A stretch of DNA of 63,699 nucleotides, counting the filler, from Lenisia limosa (lineage: Eukaryota; Protista; Breviatea), in assembly GCA_001655205.1 (NCBI GenBank). It is 13 parts of 13 records of this genome, joined end to end, with 100 filler letters (N's around TTAATTAATTAA, not from the genome) between each part and the next. Parts side by side here need not be neighbours in the genome. Positions count along the whole stretch, not along the records: positions 1 to 28,343 come from LPNZ01005521.1; 12 more parts are not named here. The stretch is one strand, 5' to 3'. Below the pieces are notes generated by a model. That model was not told the DNA's origin. It searched no databases and saw only the letters and a list, made by a program, of their open reading frames with translations. This document shows, piece by piece, positions 1 to 12,693 of this stretch (position 1 is the stretch's first letter; each line of letters begins with the position of its first letter). Made by a program: the position numbers and the translations under genes.

Positions 1-331
1 CCATGAAGAATATTGGCGTAAAGGTACTAATCACGAACCGAATAATCTAAATCTCCAAACAAACAAAAAACAAAACAACAAAGCACAAAAAACAAAACAA
101 AGGGGCACAGGTCAGGTTACTTAATATCAATATTAAGCTGAGGGGAATAATAGCATTAAGGCTTTGAAAAAGCTCCCCTATTTAATCTTTGAACCTAGAC
201 ATTGTGACAGACTTGGCGCATAAGGCGGCCGCGTCTAGTAAAACGAAGGAAATTTCGAGAATATTGTCATTAGGTACTAATCACGAACTGAAGAATCTGA
301 AACTCCAAAAAAACAAAACGAGCAACCAAAG

Positions 332-1952
332 CTAAAACCAGACAAAATCCAAATGACAAAAACACAATGAACTGATGGAGCCATAAAAATTACTAGCAAT
401 GAGGTGGGTCATAGAAAGCGTGCAGTCTTGAAAAATCCCTGTTAGATGGGCAACATACTTTGGACCTGCTGGGGGTTGGTGATGTGATTTCCTCTTCCAT
501 TGGAGGGGACTCATATTGCAGCTCTTGAGGCTCCTGTGAGATAAGTCTCATTCAATGTCGAGAATTAAACCACTTATGGCATATGGCATTTTGACGAAAT
601 GAGAAAATAAAGAAGCCTTCAATCTTCATGAACACAAGAACACGTGCACTTTCTCGTTTACCAGTATGTGACAAAGATCCCTTCCATACGTCGTATTGTG
701 GTAGTGGCTCATAATGCCCCTGCTCGATTGATCTCTTCATGGCGGGACTAGAGTAGAGACTTGCCTAAATAGCCATCAACAACGTAGAGTACCGCAGAGC
801 TGGGTATAGCTGCTGTATTTGAATCCATATATGATACACATTTAGTATACATATTTCTATTTCTATTTCCACTCATATTCCTGCTGAAAAGAGGCACATG
901 ATATAGTAGGTACCTTCTTCTTCTTGGTCTTGCTCTTTGGGGTAATCTTTGAGCGTCTCTTACTAAACGCATTAGTTGGTCAAAAATTACCCATAAATAT
1001 ACCTCGGCCTACCTTGAGGTTACCCCGGCCTGGAGGTCGCTGAAAACGGAGCCGAGAAGGCTCTCGTCAATGTCGGCGCTTTTTGTTACTGGTGTATCAG
1101 CTTTAATAATCTTGGGAGTTGGCCGCGCCTTTTGCTGCGCGGGGGGGGGGGGGTCAGGAACAANNNNNNNNNNNNNNNNNNNNNNNNNNNNNNNNNNNNN
1201 NNNNNNNNNNNNNNTCGGAAATCTGATCTTTACTTGATATCCTCCGTGGAAGCTTACATTGGCAAACATGCTTGCAATTTTATTCTGCTTCGGGGCAGCA
1301 AGAGCTGCGCTTTTCTTCTTTTCACGAGGGCCAGCTGAGAGAAAAGTAAAACAAAGACACGTTAACTCACTCACATTTATCACTTCTCCTTTTCTTCTCT
1401 ACCTCCTCTTGGTACTCCTCAGTTTCAAAGAACTCCTCACCTGCAGGGTCAATGCGGGGATTTGATGCACAAAAAAGGGGGGGGGGGGTAAAACGAAGNN
1501 NNNNNNNNAAAAACCTCGAAATTCAAATGGAAATCGAACTGCGTCTTACTTGATCATCTTTGCACCCACCATTATCCAGATAGTCCTCGTCAACTTCTCC
1601 ATCGGAGTCAACAACAAAGTCTTTCTGTCTCTGCCGCCGGCTCACAATCTGCTCGTATTCCTCCTCTCCAACTTTGTCATATATGTCATTTTCATGGTTA
1701 ACCTGTAGATAAGTGACTGTAATTTGTAAAAAAGCAACTCACACAAAACAATGGTACCAGTAATAGACCTCTTAAAACAATGATATAGCAGAGGAGGAAA
1801 ATGGGCGGGAAAACAGATACAAACACACCATCACTTCTTTTCTCCCAATTACTCTCCGCTTAGAGAAAACTGAAAGCTCCACATACCACAGTGTTTTTTG
1901 ATCCGCCTGCCCGCGCGCGTTTCAGTGCCTCAAGGGCTTCACGATGTGAACC
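332..1952 (-). CDS. POLA1: DNA polymerase alpha catalytic subunit, N-terminal exons (partial, multi-exon)
   Basis: Spliced exons read HREALEALKRAR.. / VNHENDIYDKVGEEEYEQIVSRRQRQKDFVVDSDG (Pol alpha N-terminal motif), then QNKIASMF and DESLLGSVFSDL. Exons below about 1000 match only weakly. The start codon is unresolved. Confidence 0.7.
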
Positions 1953-4320
1953 CTACAGTCAATTAGTGCTGTAATCTTTCAGAAAAGTCAAAAAAACAAG
2001 AACACCACTCCATCAGTCGCCTTTTCAGATGAACTTTAACAATAGTGGGCGTGAAAAGGCAAAGGTGGTGTGCAGTAAAAAATGGCGGGAAAGTAGATAG
2101 TTCATCAAAGCTGAATTGAGTGTCCATATACTATTTGGCAAAGACAAAGTACACCTTACCATGCTGCAGCAAAATCCCGTTGAACCTCTTCCTAGATTCG
2201 TCCCAGTGCAAGAAAAAACTCCTCTTTTCTATTTACAATGTGCTCTACTTACTTGATGAGATTGGTAGATTGATACTCTGACTGACAGAGGGCTGATATC
2301 TTGATATTTTGTGAATACTGAATTTGGGTAAAGGTGACAAAAATCCGTGAATTTGAACACGACATTCTGCTCGTTCTGCTCTCCTGCTCTCCTCTTCTGC
2401 CCCCTTCCCTTCTTCTGCCATTCTGCCATTCTCTGCTCCCCTCTTCCCCTCTTCCAGCTCTTCCATCTGTTCCATCCCCCCCTTGCATTTCCCCATCCCC
2501 CCAGCTTCCATCTTGAGTTTTCCTGTTTTGTATGTCATGCACAGTTGCATGTTAGATATTATACTAAAGCTGATAGATATTTCTACCTAGCATTTAGCTG
2601 ATCTTTGCGCTGTCACTTTCCCCTATTCCAAACCACACATCCTCGTCTCTCCATTGTCTTCTTGCCTTAATTAATTACGTCCATCAGGTTCGCTAAAGAA
2701 TGCCGCCAATGGGTTTAGCTCCAGCTTCAAGGTTTGATTTCTTGAAACCATCTAATTAGCTGTAGCTGCAGTCCCCACTCAATACTAATTGCCATCACCA
2801 TCCTTGCTGTCGTATTTCCTGTGTACCTTGTGGTGACTTTCCTCCATAGACAGCCTGAGTGGGTGACTGCAAATCAAGGTCAGCTTCTGAATGCTTGGTG
2901 GTATTTATCTTTTTCTTTGTCCGTAAATCTTTTAGCTCTCTCAACAAGGTCATCATCTCTCCCAGTTGTCCCCAGTCTTGCAAATTGGACGGTTTTAAGT
3001 TGGTGTCAAGCTAGATGACAAATTGGGAAGTGCTTGTAATATATGGCATAATTTATTGTTGTGATATGTCGCATTTAACTGATGATTTTGCTTTATTCAC
3101 CACTTGAGCAACATGCAATGTATTTTTGGAGCGAAATGATCTTTTTGATTGAATGTTATGTCCTGTAGACCCTTCACACTGCAGTAACACAATACAAGGC
3201 CCATTTTTTATTACTGATGATAGAGGTTTGTCACTTTGCGTAACTCGTAAGAACAACTTCTCAGTTCCTGAAAATCTATTGATACACTTTACTGTTACTT
3301 TCAAGCCTAAGAAGCTTATAATAACTTATCTAGGAATGCTCTGTCTCAAATCTGAAGTTGAAGGCAATGAATGCTGCCCATCTCGTGATATTGGAGGGGA
3401 AGCTATCCCCCCCATTTCGTCCCACCCCCATTACACAAGTGAGAATTTTTCCATTATGCATTTTTACAGCTGCAATTTAATATCATAGTTCCAAAGATTC
3501 TTTACTCATTTTGTACAAAGGTGACTCCTGGCGAGGACCATATAGTTGCCAGTTTTGTTCGTCATATTGCTGCCCCACTTTAGAGACATGTACCTCCTGT
3601 TGCCAACTACCAAGTAACGTTGGTGGTAGATATAGTTGCACTCTTTCGCGAATAGCTCCATTGTAAGTTTTCGTTCATGTCCCAAGGAGGAGCATCTTCG
3701 GTCCATTCTGTCTACACCGCCGCTGACGCTGAGTCTCCGCTCGATACAAACGAAGTTCCAGGTGGCTACGGCTGAATATTATTCCGGATATGAAATAAAT
3801 CCACCAGTACATACAGATATTTAGTACATTTTCAATATAATATGCATAGTATGTAACAATATCGATGTACGTATCATATGATATTACGTATATAGTACAT
3901 ATATTTGGCCATATGAGTACCTGGGAGTTTGTTATGTAACATATTACTCTATATCATTGGATGATTGTAATAAATGTTTGGATAATACACGATTTCCACA
4001 TCCTAATTATCAAAGGCCTGTGTTACCCTTTGTCGCACGTCTAGCTCCAGTGTTGTGCATGAGTCATATTACAAACGACAAAACCACTACTGCTTTGCAT
4101 GACTCTTTATGGTAGTGGTAGTCTGTTTCCTTTCTTGATATTATTTATTTCGACTGAAAATAAATAAGTGAAAATGAAAACAAAATGAAACAAAACAACT
4201 AAAGAATAATCAAATGCATCCTCAAGAATTAGGAATTTCTAAATTGTTAGCACAAATACGTTGAAATAGTAAAACGATAAAATGTTCTGTATGTGTATCT
4301 GGCAAGAATCGTCCACACCA

Positions 4321-7300
4321 CTACGTTTGATCCCTTTGGAGCCACCCCCCCCCCCAACAGTTTGCAGATCTCNNNNNNNNNNNNNNNNNNNNNNNNNNNN
4401 NNNNNNNNNNNNNNNNNNNNNNNNNNNNNNNNNNNNNNNNNNCTGACACAGCGGGATCTCTCTTAACAACATACTGAAGGGCACACCGCTTGACCTGAAG
4501 AGTAAACAAATATTCCTCAACGTCAAACCTGGTCAGCATCTACGAGGTCGATTCGTGAGAACAGCTCCGGTAGAGTCAGTCGTCTTTTGAAGGTCAGCAG
4601 CTGTCGACCAATGTCCTCGCAGATGTTGGACGATCCATCAAGCTGCAAGTAAGTAGAAGAGGTGTGCTAACCTCTCTCGCAATATTGGCTTTGAGTTGGC
4701 TCTTTGCTCTCTCAACTTCATCGTTATTAACGTTCTCAGAGAGGCGTTTCCTGATCACATTATAAATGCCACTTGAAAGCCTCAACACCCCCCCCCCCCC
4801 CCNNNNNNNNNNNNNNNNNNNNNNNNNNNNNNNNNNNNNNNNNNNNNNNNNNNNNNNNNNNNNNNNNNNNNNNNNNNNNNNNNNNNNNNNNNNNNNNGAC
4901 CCGTGTCCGTGTACCCGGTGAAAAAGGCCATGGAGGAAATGGCAATATCCTTGATTGTCATGAAAAGAAAGATGGACAATGGCCAATAAAGCTATTGGAA
5001 TGGATAGCAAACAACGTACTTGCTCAGCCAGTGCTTTTGAAAGCTGCGATGAAATTAACCGAAGGTTCCCTAAAGTGTCACATCTGGGTAACATGACAGA
5101 TAATCCTCTCTAACATAGTTGTTCTCCTGACACTGTAAATTATGGCGAACGAACATTCAATACTCGAATTGTCACAACATACTATAAGCATATATATAAT
5201 ATTACATCTACTATATCTATCACATTGTAAATTAACACTTGTGGTAAAGTTTGGAATTGTATTCATAGAGTGCACATGGGTGGTGAAATAAAAAATAGTT
5301 TGATGCAGAAGTGTGTTTAATAACAGTTTTATTTCAATACAGGTGTGTGCACTCAGAATATCCAACCAAAACAAACTTATATTGAATTTGTTATATCGTA
5401 ATAACAGATTCACGTATTTAGTACTGCCTTATTTGATTAATCTACTTAGATCAGTGGTCAAACCCCTCTAATCAGAGCAAGTATAAATGGCTGTATTCCT
5501 ATTATTACGACCCTTCTTGAGTATGGGGCCAATGTTTTCCATGCAGATAAGGTATTTTGTTGAACATACATGGTTATTTCAGGAGGTTTTTTACAAAGTC
5601 GAATGTAACTTGGTGTAGCAATATTAAAAAGTGAACAGCAATTGATCTGAAGTCTTACCTCCAGCGACGTCCCATTGGCCAATCATGGACTGCATTACCA
5701 AAAGAGGAAAGTAGTCCGCATGCCGCCATCCAACTCCCTAAACCAGATAATGCAAAAGCGCTACGTTTAAACATTTATCTGACACTGTTTGAGTGTTTCA
5801 AAAGATTAGTTAATTGACAACTGTCATATTAACATTTTCGTTCACTGTCTGTTTTACATTTTGAAACGAATCGTTTCACAAAAAAAGGTTTCAGTTGAAG
5901 TACCCCCCCCCCCTCTCATACCTCCACCGTAATTGCAGTGTTGGTGTAAGGCTGAAGGGGATCAATAACTTCCTAAAATATGAACCGTTGAGAAAAGCGA
6001 CCATTAAGATTAGACTAAAGTAGCTCCTTATTGATTTGATACAACGCACCAGAGCAAACGGAAGCAAACCTTGAAGCCCGGTGTGAACTGCGATGGGTAC
6101 TGAGCAAGGGCTTCCACAGCGGAAGGTCCAGATGGAAGCTTGCCGAAGTGCTTCTCTGTCAACTAAACAAGTTTTAAAAAAAGACAGATCCACACAAAAA
6201 AAAAACTCCTTACCTTGCACAATTCATCGTGATCAACGGCTCCGGCGGCGCAGACAATAACTCGTGATGAGTGGTAATGAGACTCGATATACTGACGAAG
6301 GTCCTTGCGATTGATGGATTGGATGTTACTATTGGGTTAAATTCAATGGATCATAGGTCAAAAAATAGTAACCAGCAAACATAGGAGGTCCGAGAATGGT
6401 TCGAGCCAAGGATGAACCCGAGTAAGCGGTCTCATGAAGGTGGTCGAACACAACTTCCTAAAAGATAAGCTTGGCTGGTGAAGGGAGACCCCACCTCCAC
6501 GTTCTTATCGACTTCCTCCATTTCTCTTAGGATCACGGCCCTTTCGTTCTCAATAAAAGCCTTTTCAAACTTCGAGTGCTGCAGGGAGGTGAAGAGACAT
6601 ATATACGTACATATATGTAACTTCAAGGACAATCCGTCCTCAACATACCTGCAGGATGTCGGAGAGAATTTCCACGGCATTTGGGATGTTTTCTTTGCAA
6701 ACCTATCCCATTGTTACTATCAAGCCAAGAATCAAAGAAGCCTAAATACACTTCATTATTTTTTAAAAAAATAAGTTGCAGCATAGAAAAGAGCCCATTA
6801 ATATGAACAACACCACCCTCCCACTTTGGCATAGTACACCGTTTGCTCTCTTGAGGTATACGCGTTCAGATGCGCACCTAGGTTTTCAACCTCAAGCTCC
6901 AAATCCCACTGTGTACGCTTCTTTGTACCCTACAATTTATTAACAAATTGGATATAGGATTTTGAAATCATATCACCTCTTTTATTTCATTTTCACAGGA
7001 GTGAACTATCATTGTCCAAACAGATATGACACCCTATCCATCAGTCTGGTAATTGAAGAGCCACTTGTAGGAGTATGAATACTCACACCATTTTTTTACT
7101 CCACCGCTATCCTGCTCATCGTAACAACCCACCTTGAAAGACATATGTTCTAGGAAATGGGCCACCCCGTTGTTTTGTTCAGTTTCAAAACGTGACCCAG
7201 CATCAATCCAGACGCCAACCTAAAAAGTCATGTGGTGTCACATAATTCAAGAATTAGATTACTGAAAAGAAGATCACACAAATCTGTACGAGTCGGTAAC

Positions 7301-7786
7301 AATTCAACCCACAGTTGCTGTTTCGCCACCAAAAGTCTCTGAAGCCACACGAACACCATTCCTTTCAACATTAAAATGTAAGATTAAAGAAGGTTACTGA
7401 ATCTTGATGAAGCCAATAATTACAATAATATATTATTTACAGAGAGTTAAGGGTTGCAAGTATCATATCTAAAAACAAGTCCTTGCTTTATGTGTTACTA
7501 TGGATTGGCCCACGATGTAGTTGAGATCTTTGTTGTTGGCGAGTTAAAGAGGTGACTCGAGCCACTGGATGAGAATCTGCCGATCAGAGGCTGCAGCAAC
7601 CGCGACTACAGCAATATGAAAGGTGAGAATAACAAATATCCTGCATTTATGTCTCGGAAGATAAACTAGGGAGAATATAAACTTGTTTCTATTAACCCGA
7701 GGGATAACACCACAATACAAAGTACAAACCGTCTGGTATATGATTCCTGTGGATGGCAAACTTGAAGCAAGTTTCACGAGAGACAT
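4321..7786 (-). CDS. PMPCB: Mitochondrial processing peptidase beta subunit (M16 peptidase)
   Basis: Exons read [37 protein letters not shown] (HxxEH), [54 protein letters not shown] and [16 protein letters not shown]. The N-terminus [25 protein letters not shown] looks like a transit peptide. Confidence 0.93.
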
Positions 7787-8081
7787 CTCTCCTGTTTCTT
7801 GCCTGCCTACAAAAGGAGGCTGTAAATGCGCGATGTAAATAAGACGGAGAGAAAAGAGCGGAAGAGCAGTAACCGGGAACAGCGTACAGCGGGAAGCAGA
7901 ATATCTGGCTGTGATCTTGTGATCTGGTCGTGAACTTTCTTTTGGAATAATTGATTTTTTTATTTTTCCCACGCACGATATCTGCAGCCCCTGCAACAAC
8001 AGCCCTGCCCCCTGTGCCCCCCCAACTAGATAAAAACTAGATCTTCCACCTGCAGACCACCTGCCTGGTGTCACCCCTTGT

Positions 8082-11000
8082 ATGATGGAAGAAGACAAAG
8101 TCAAATCATGGGATGGGCAACTTCCAGACTGCAATCTTCTTGGCGTTGCACCAAAGGTGAGACTTCTCTGTCAGCATTGCCATGAAGTCTTTAGTTCACA
8201 AGCCAAAGCCAAGCTCATCATTTTGTCATTTAGGTGTTCTCTGGATTCGGACGTTCTAGCGCAGAAGGGCTCGCAGTTGGATGGACCTTGAACTTCGATC
8301 CCAGTCCGCCAGGTTGGAAGGTGTTCCTAAAGCGGCTAACAACTGAATAACAGCAAATGTGATGAATATCATTACATTTTCAGACTACTATGCATTGGCC
8401 AAACAGAGAAGACTGGCTTTCGCAGCAATCAGACAGTTAGTGAAAGAAAAAAAGAAGGAAAGGCGAAGGGAATTCATTCGCAAAATGATTGCCGAAAGAG
8501 TAGGACTCTGGTATTTAAAACAGAAGTCATTTTTTCAGGAAGCCCAGGCAACAATTATTGATGAAATACAAAGAGAAGATGATGCTGAAGAGAACATCGA
8601 GGTTAGTTCAGTCCCTTATCAATCCGTCTTTAGAAGGAAGAGCGAGACTGGTGTGGAGCGCCAGATGACCAGCGGATGTACGATGACTTACCTATTGGGC
8701 ATGAAGGCCGAAGCCGCTTCGTTGAGACAGCAGGTGATGATGCTGCTGAGGTTGAAGGGTGTCACTCTGTCGAGAGTGTTTCCATTGAGGATAGTGAAGT
8801 GGTTGAAGTAAAGGTTGAGGAGAAGGAAGGGGAAAACGAAGAAAAGACAGGAAAAGATGAATCATATAAGAAAATTAAGGTTCCTGATTTGCCGCGTGTT
8901 GAGGATGTTGACGTATCTGATGAAAATGGAACCTTCTTCGTAACAAAAGAGCGCATTCCCGAATTTCTTGTGGCAGTTCTCAATAAACCAGAGGTAAGAT
9001 GCACACTAGCCGCGCTTGTTTTATCTACGTAGCAATTCCTTGTATGTCATAGCCCTATTGAATTGTTTGGTGCGCTTGAAGGATTGTCAGATTCTTCGGT
9101 AAGGGTCAAGGTGACCATTCTTATTATCATCGCAGGAGCTTGTATGGAACCTCTTCGCCAGGAATCGAGTCCAATCCACTTCTGTTCTTCATAGCCTTAT
9201 CTTGTTAGGGGCGAGTTGGTGGCTTATTCTGTTAATGTGACCGGCCCTTCATGATATTTCAGATTATCCACGAAAGATATCTCCCCAGAATTGAAGGACT
9301 TTGAAACGATTTCAGCCTCCACAATTAAAATCTCTAAGGTTCGCTCAAATGAATATCTTTTCTTATTATCCAGCCGCACTCAGAGTGCAGTATTCATGAC
9401 CATTTGGCCTGGACAGCAGTATCTCTCACAACTGTTAGTTCTTTTCTTTAATGAAACCAATTCTAACCGTTTAGATATACCGTCTTCTTTGTTTTGAGGC
9501 AGATCTTGAGGCAAGAACAGCGGCTCTTTGTGGACTGGAGGCATTGCCTAATGCTGTAGCAAAATATGGCAGATTGTCGGAATGTTTGCCTTTCATCTTA
9601 ATTGAATTACCAATTTGGAAGTACTCTTATATTACTACATTAGATATTCAAAGCCAAGCCTTTATCGCTTTCTTTGTAGTTGAGAGAAGTGGTAAGTCTT
9701 GCTGTAGATATGAAAGAATTTTATTATTATTATTATTATTTTATGAAACATAGGTCTTGAAATTGATGGGCTTCGTGTTAAAAACGTCAAAAACACTCTG
9801 AAACAATCAGTAAAGGATGTTTACAAAGATCTAGACGGTATAGAACTTATCGTGTTGATCATTGTTCTAATTTCAATTAGGTGATTATTTGAAGTTCTTT
9901 TTGGACTATTCCAATGAATCAGTGCGGACTAGAAAAGGGTCAAAGTACCAGACACGGCTTCAGGAGCTTCTCTTGAGAGCATGCAAGGTTTGTTGTGGCT
10001 GTAACATTATTCGCTTTAGGAAGTGAAGGAAGACACCGATCGACTGATCTACTACCCGAAACGAGATGACGGATCACCCCTCCTAATTCATCATAAGTGG
10101 CGTTTCTTTGGTAGGTATCTTGCTGGTGTTAAAAATGTTATCTTCAGCTGGGGAACATCGCTTCATTAGAGCTTGGTGCGACCATGAATATTTCCGTTAC
10201 ATTTACACCTTCACAAGTCTGTTACCAGAGTCTGATATCCCTTGGTTTGTGGCCATGCTTCAACAGTAAGGAAGTCTTGAAACTGTATTTAAATAATCTT
10301 CTATTGTGGAGAGGAATTTGTAACGGATGTAGTGAAACGAACACGATTCGGCCGCACTACACGGTGTGTGTCCGCAACGGCCGAACTGCCTGTGACGGAC
10401 CAAATCTGCAGCACATTCCTCGAACCGGCGGCTTTAGGTAATTTCTTTAACTTTTCGCTGCCCTTATTTGAATGGTATATTTTAATTTCCTTATTTTGTA
10501 GATCTTGCGTTGTTGCTCATCCCGGAAATATGATAGTTGCCTGCGATTATCGGTTTATTGAGCTGGTGACTCTTTCGGCCGTTTGTAAACACAGGTACAG
10601 TCAAAATTCTTTGTCTCTCATCCTCCAGATACGGGACCAGTGTTCTTTCTGATGTTATTGAAGACAACTGGGATCCCCATTCTTTCACTGCTGCTATGTT
10701 TGCGAACATGCCTTATTCCAAATTTGTCAATCGTCTGTCATCCCATGATCCTGAGGTAACTATGCATATCATATGTAAAACGATACTAATTTCTCATACA
10801 TATCATATCATATGATATGTAGTTCTGAGGAAATAGATAAATCCTATCTTCTTTACTCATTTTGACACTAACTCTTGTCAACGCTCTAAGTTTACTTTAG
10901 GATCGCAAAGTTGCTATTGATTTGAGAAGGAGAGCCAAAGCTGTCAATTTCGGTATAGCTGGTGGACTTGGACTGAAGTCTCTTCGACAACAGGTGTGAT

Positions 11001-12546
11001 ACAATAATCATTTTACTTTTGTTGTGTGTGTGTGTTTGCCCACAAAGTTGTATAGAAAATTCTTTGTGGTTACTCTTCAGGCATTGGATGATTTCGGACT
11101 GTCGCTTTCTATTGTGAGTGGGATTTTGTTACCTTGCTTCTGAGTATCTGAAATAGTAACCCAGAAAGATCTTGTTAGTGACAGTATTATTGGCATCACC
11201 TTCAGTAACTCTCAAGGATGAAGCTCGCCAAATGAAAAAGCGTCTTGTCACTGAGGTGTATCCCGAACTTGGCTACTACCTCTTTGAAGATGTGGAACGT
11301 AGGTTTAATCTCTTTCGTTTTGGGTAACAATTCAGAGTTCCTGGCAAGTAACCTTGGAGTGTCAAGAAACCTCTTGCACATCAACTTCATTAGAGCAACC
11401 AAGTCGAAAATGCCGAAGAATGATCCGGTATTTTCCTTGCTTGCCTGTTGACATTGCAGCCTCTCGAAGGAGACATCAAAGCTGTGCTCTCGGGTATATC
11501 CTTTGCACAAATGCCTTATGCTACACATGTGAGTTATTCCTGGCTACTTTTGGCTTGTTATATACTGTGGTGGGACAGTTTTCTGGTACTATTTTATCGT
11601 CAACTTTTAATTCGATCATCGTTGTGTGATAGTACAGCTGAATATTGGTGATTGAAGAGGGAATTTCCAATGTTGACGAGGTAGATTGTGGTCAAGGTCT
11701 GGGAAGTTCTTCAGAAACTCAATAGGAATGACTCGTTGAAAGTAGGCTTTTCGGTGAAAATGTTATTATTGCTTACTTACTATGATCTACCTTTCAGAGT
11801 GTGATTTACTACTTAGGAGCCAATTGAGTCAGGTCTCCAAGCAGCTAAGGATGGGTGGGTAGACCAGGGCTGTTGTCTCATTATCCAGGCGAATTGTTCA
11901 ACACTGGAATGCTTCACTTTCAAAACAGCTTTTCGGTGCCCGCGCGTCCACACTCACTGGTATTGAAGGCAGATGTTTAGTCTAACATCATAGGGAGGCT
12001 TCGGAAAGGGATGACTTTCACACAGTCCTGCAATACCCCCTTTGCTGGTAAGCACTCTACTCTGATTCACCTATTTTCCTTTGTACCCAAGTATAAATTG
12101 TTTGCTATGAGGAACAACAACTTGTTGTGCTTCATGCCAATTTCTACCTTTTTCAGCAAACACCTAACTCTTTCAGGTTTGGCAGCGGATGGTGCCAAAA
12201 TGGCCATTTTTAGACTTTGTTCTCTTGGATATCGCTGTGTGGCATTTGTGCACGACGAAGTTGGTGGAGTGGCCAATTATTATTATTGACCACCAGACCC
12301 TCCCTTCACACTTCAGATCTTGATTGAAGTTCCCACTGGCGGCGTTGGCAATGACGGCACAGATGTGGCTCTCAATGGTACCCTGGCCGAGCGGTCACTT
12401 CAAGGCCATATGGAGTTCATTGAGAGAGTCATGCAAGAGGCCATGATGGTAGGTGTTGATACCGTTTACTCCTTACACCCCAGGAACTGGTGTTAATTCA
12501 CGTGGATGTGTCAGTTGTAGCAGGCTCGTGCTGGTCAAACAAGTAG
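8082..12546 (+). CDS. Family A DNA polymerase, resembling the kinetoplastid Pol IB/IC/ID and phage-related clade; start unresolved
   Basis: Spliced motifs: IRPHYTVCVRNGRTACDGPNLQHIPR, VACDYRFIELVTLSAVC (motif A), DPHSFTAAMF, RRRAKAVNFGIAGGLG (motif B), LVTEVYPELGYYL, STLTGRLRKGMTFTQSCNTPFAGLAADGAK, GYRCVAFVHDEILIEVP (motif C), ending ..CWSNK*. It has many short GT-AG introns. Confidence 0.92.
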
Positions 12547-12693
12547 AAGGTACGGCTAAATCAAATAACTTCTCACTTGGCCCTTAGATGGAGAATTCGT
12601 CATCTCAGATATTATTTCCTGAGCACCAAATTTTGTTTCTAAATTTTTGTCTAATATTGTATTTTTATGTTCTCAAAGTAGTTTGCATTGCAG

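Noticed and set aside
8359-8811. 150 aa ORF as a standalone gene
   Set aside because: It reads through splice sites of the polymerase's 5' region and shows no independent motif.
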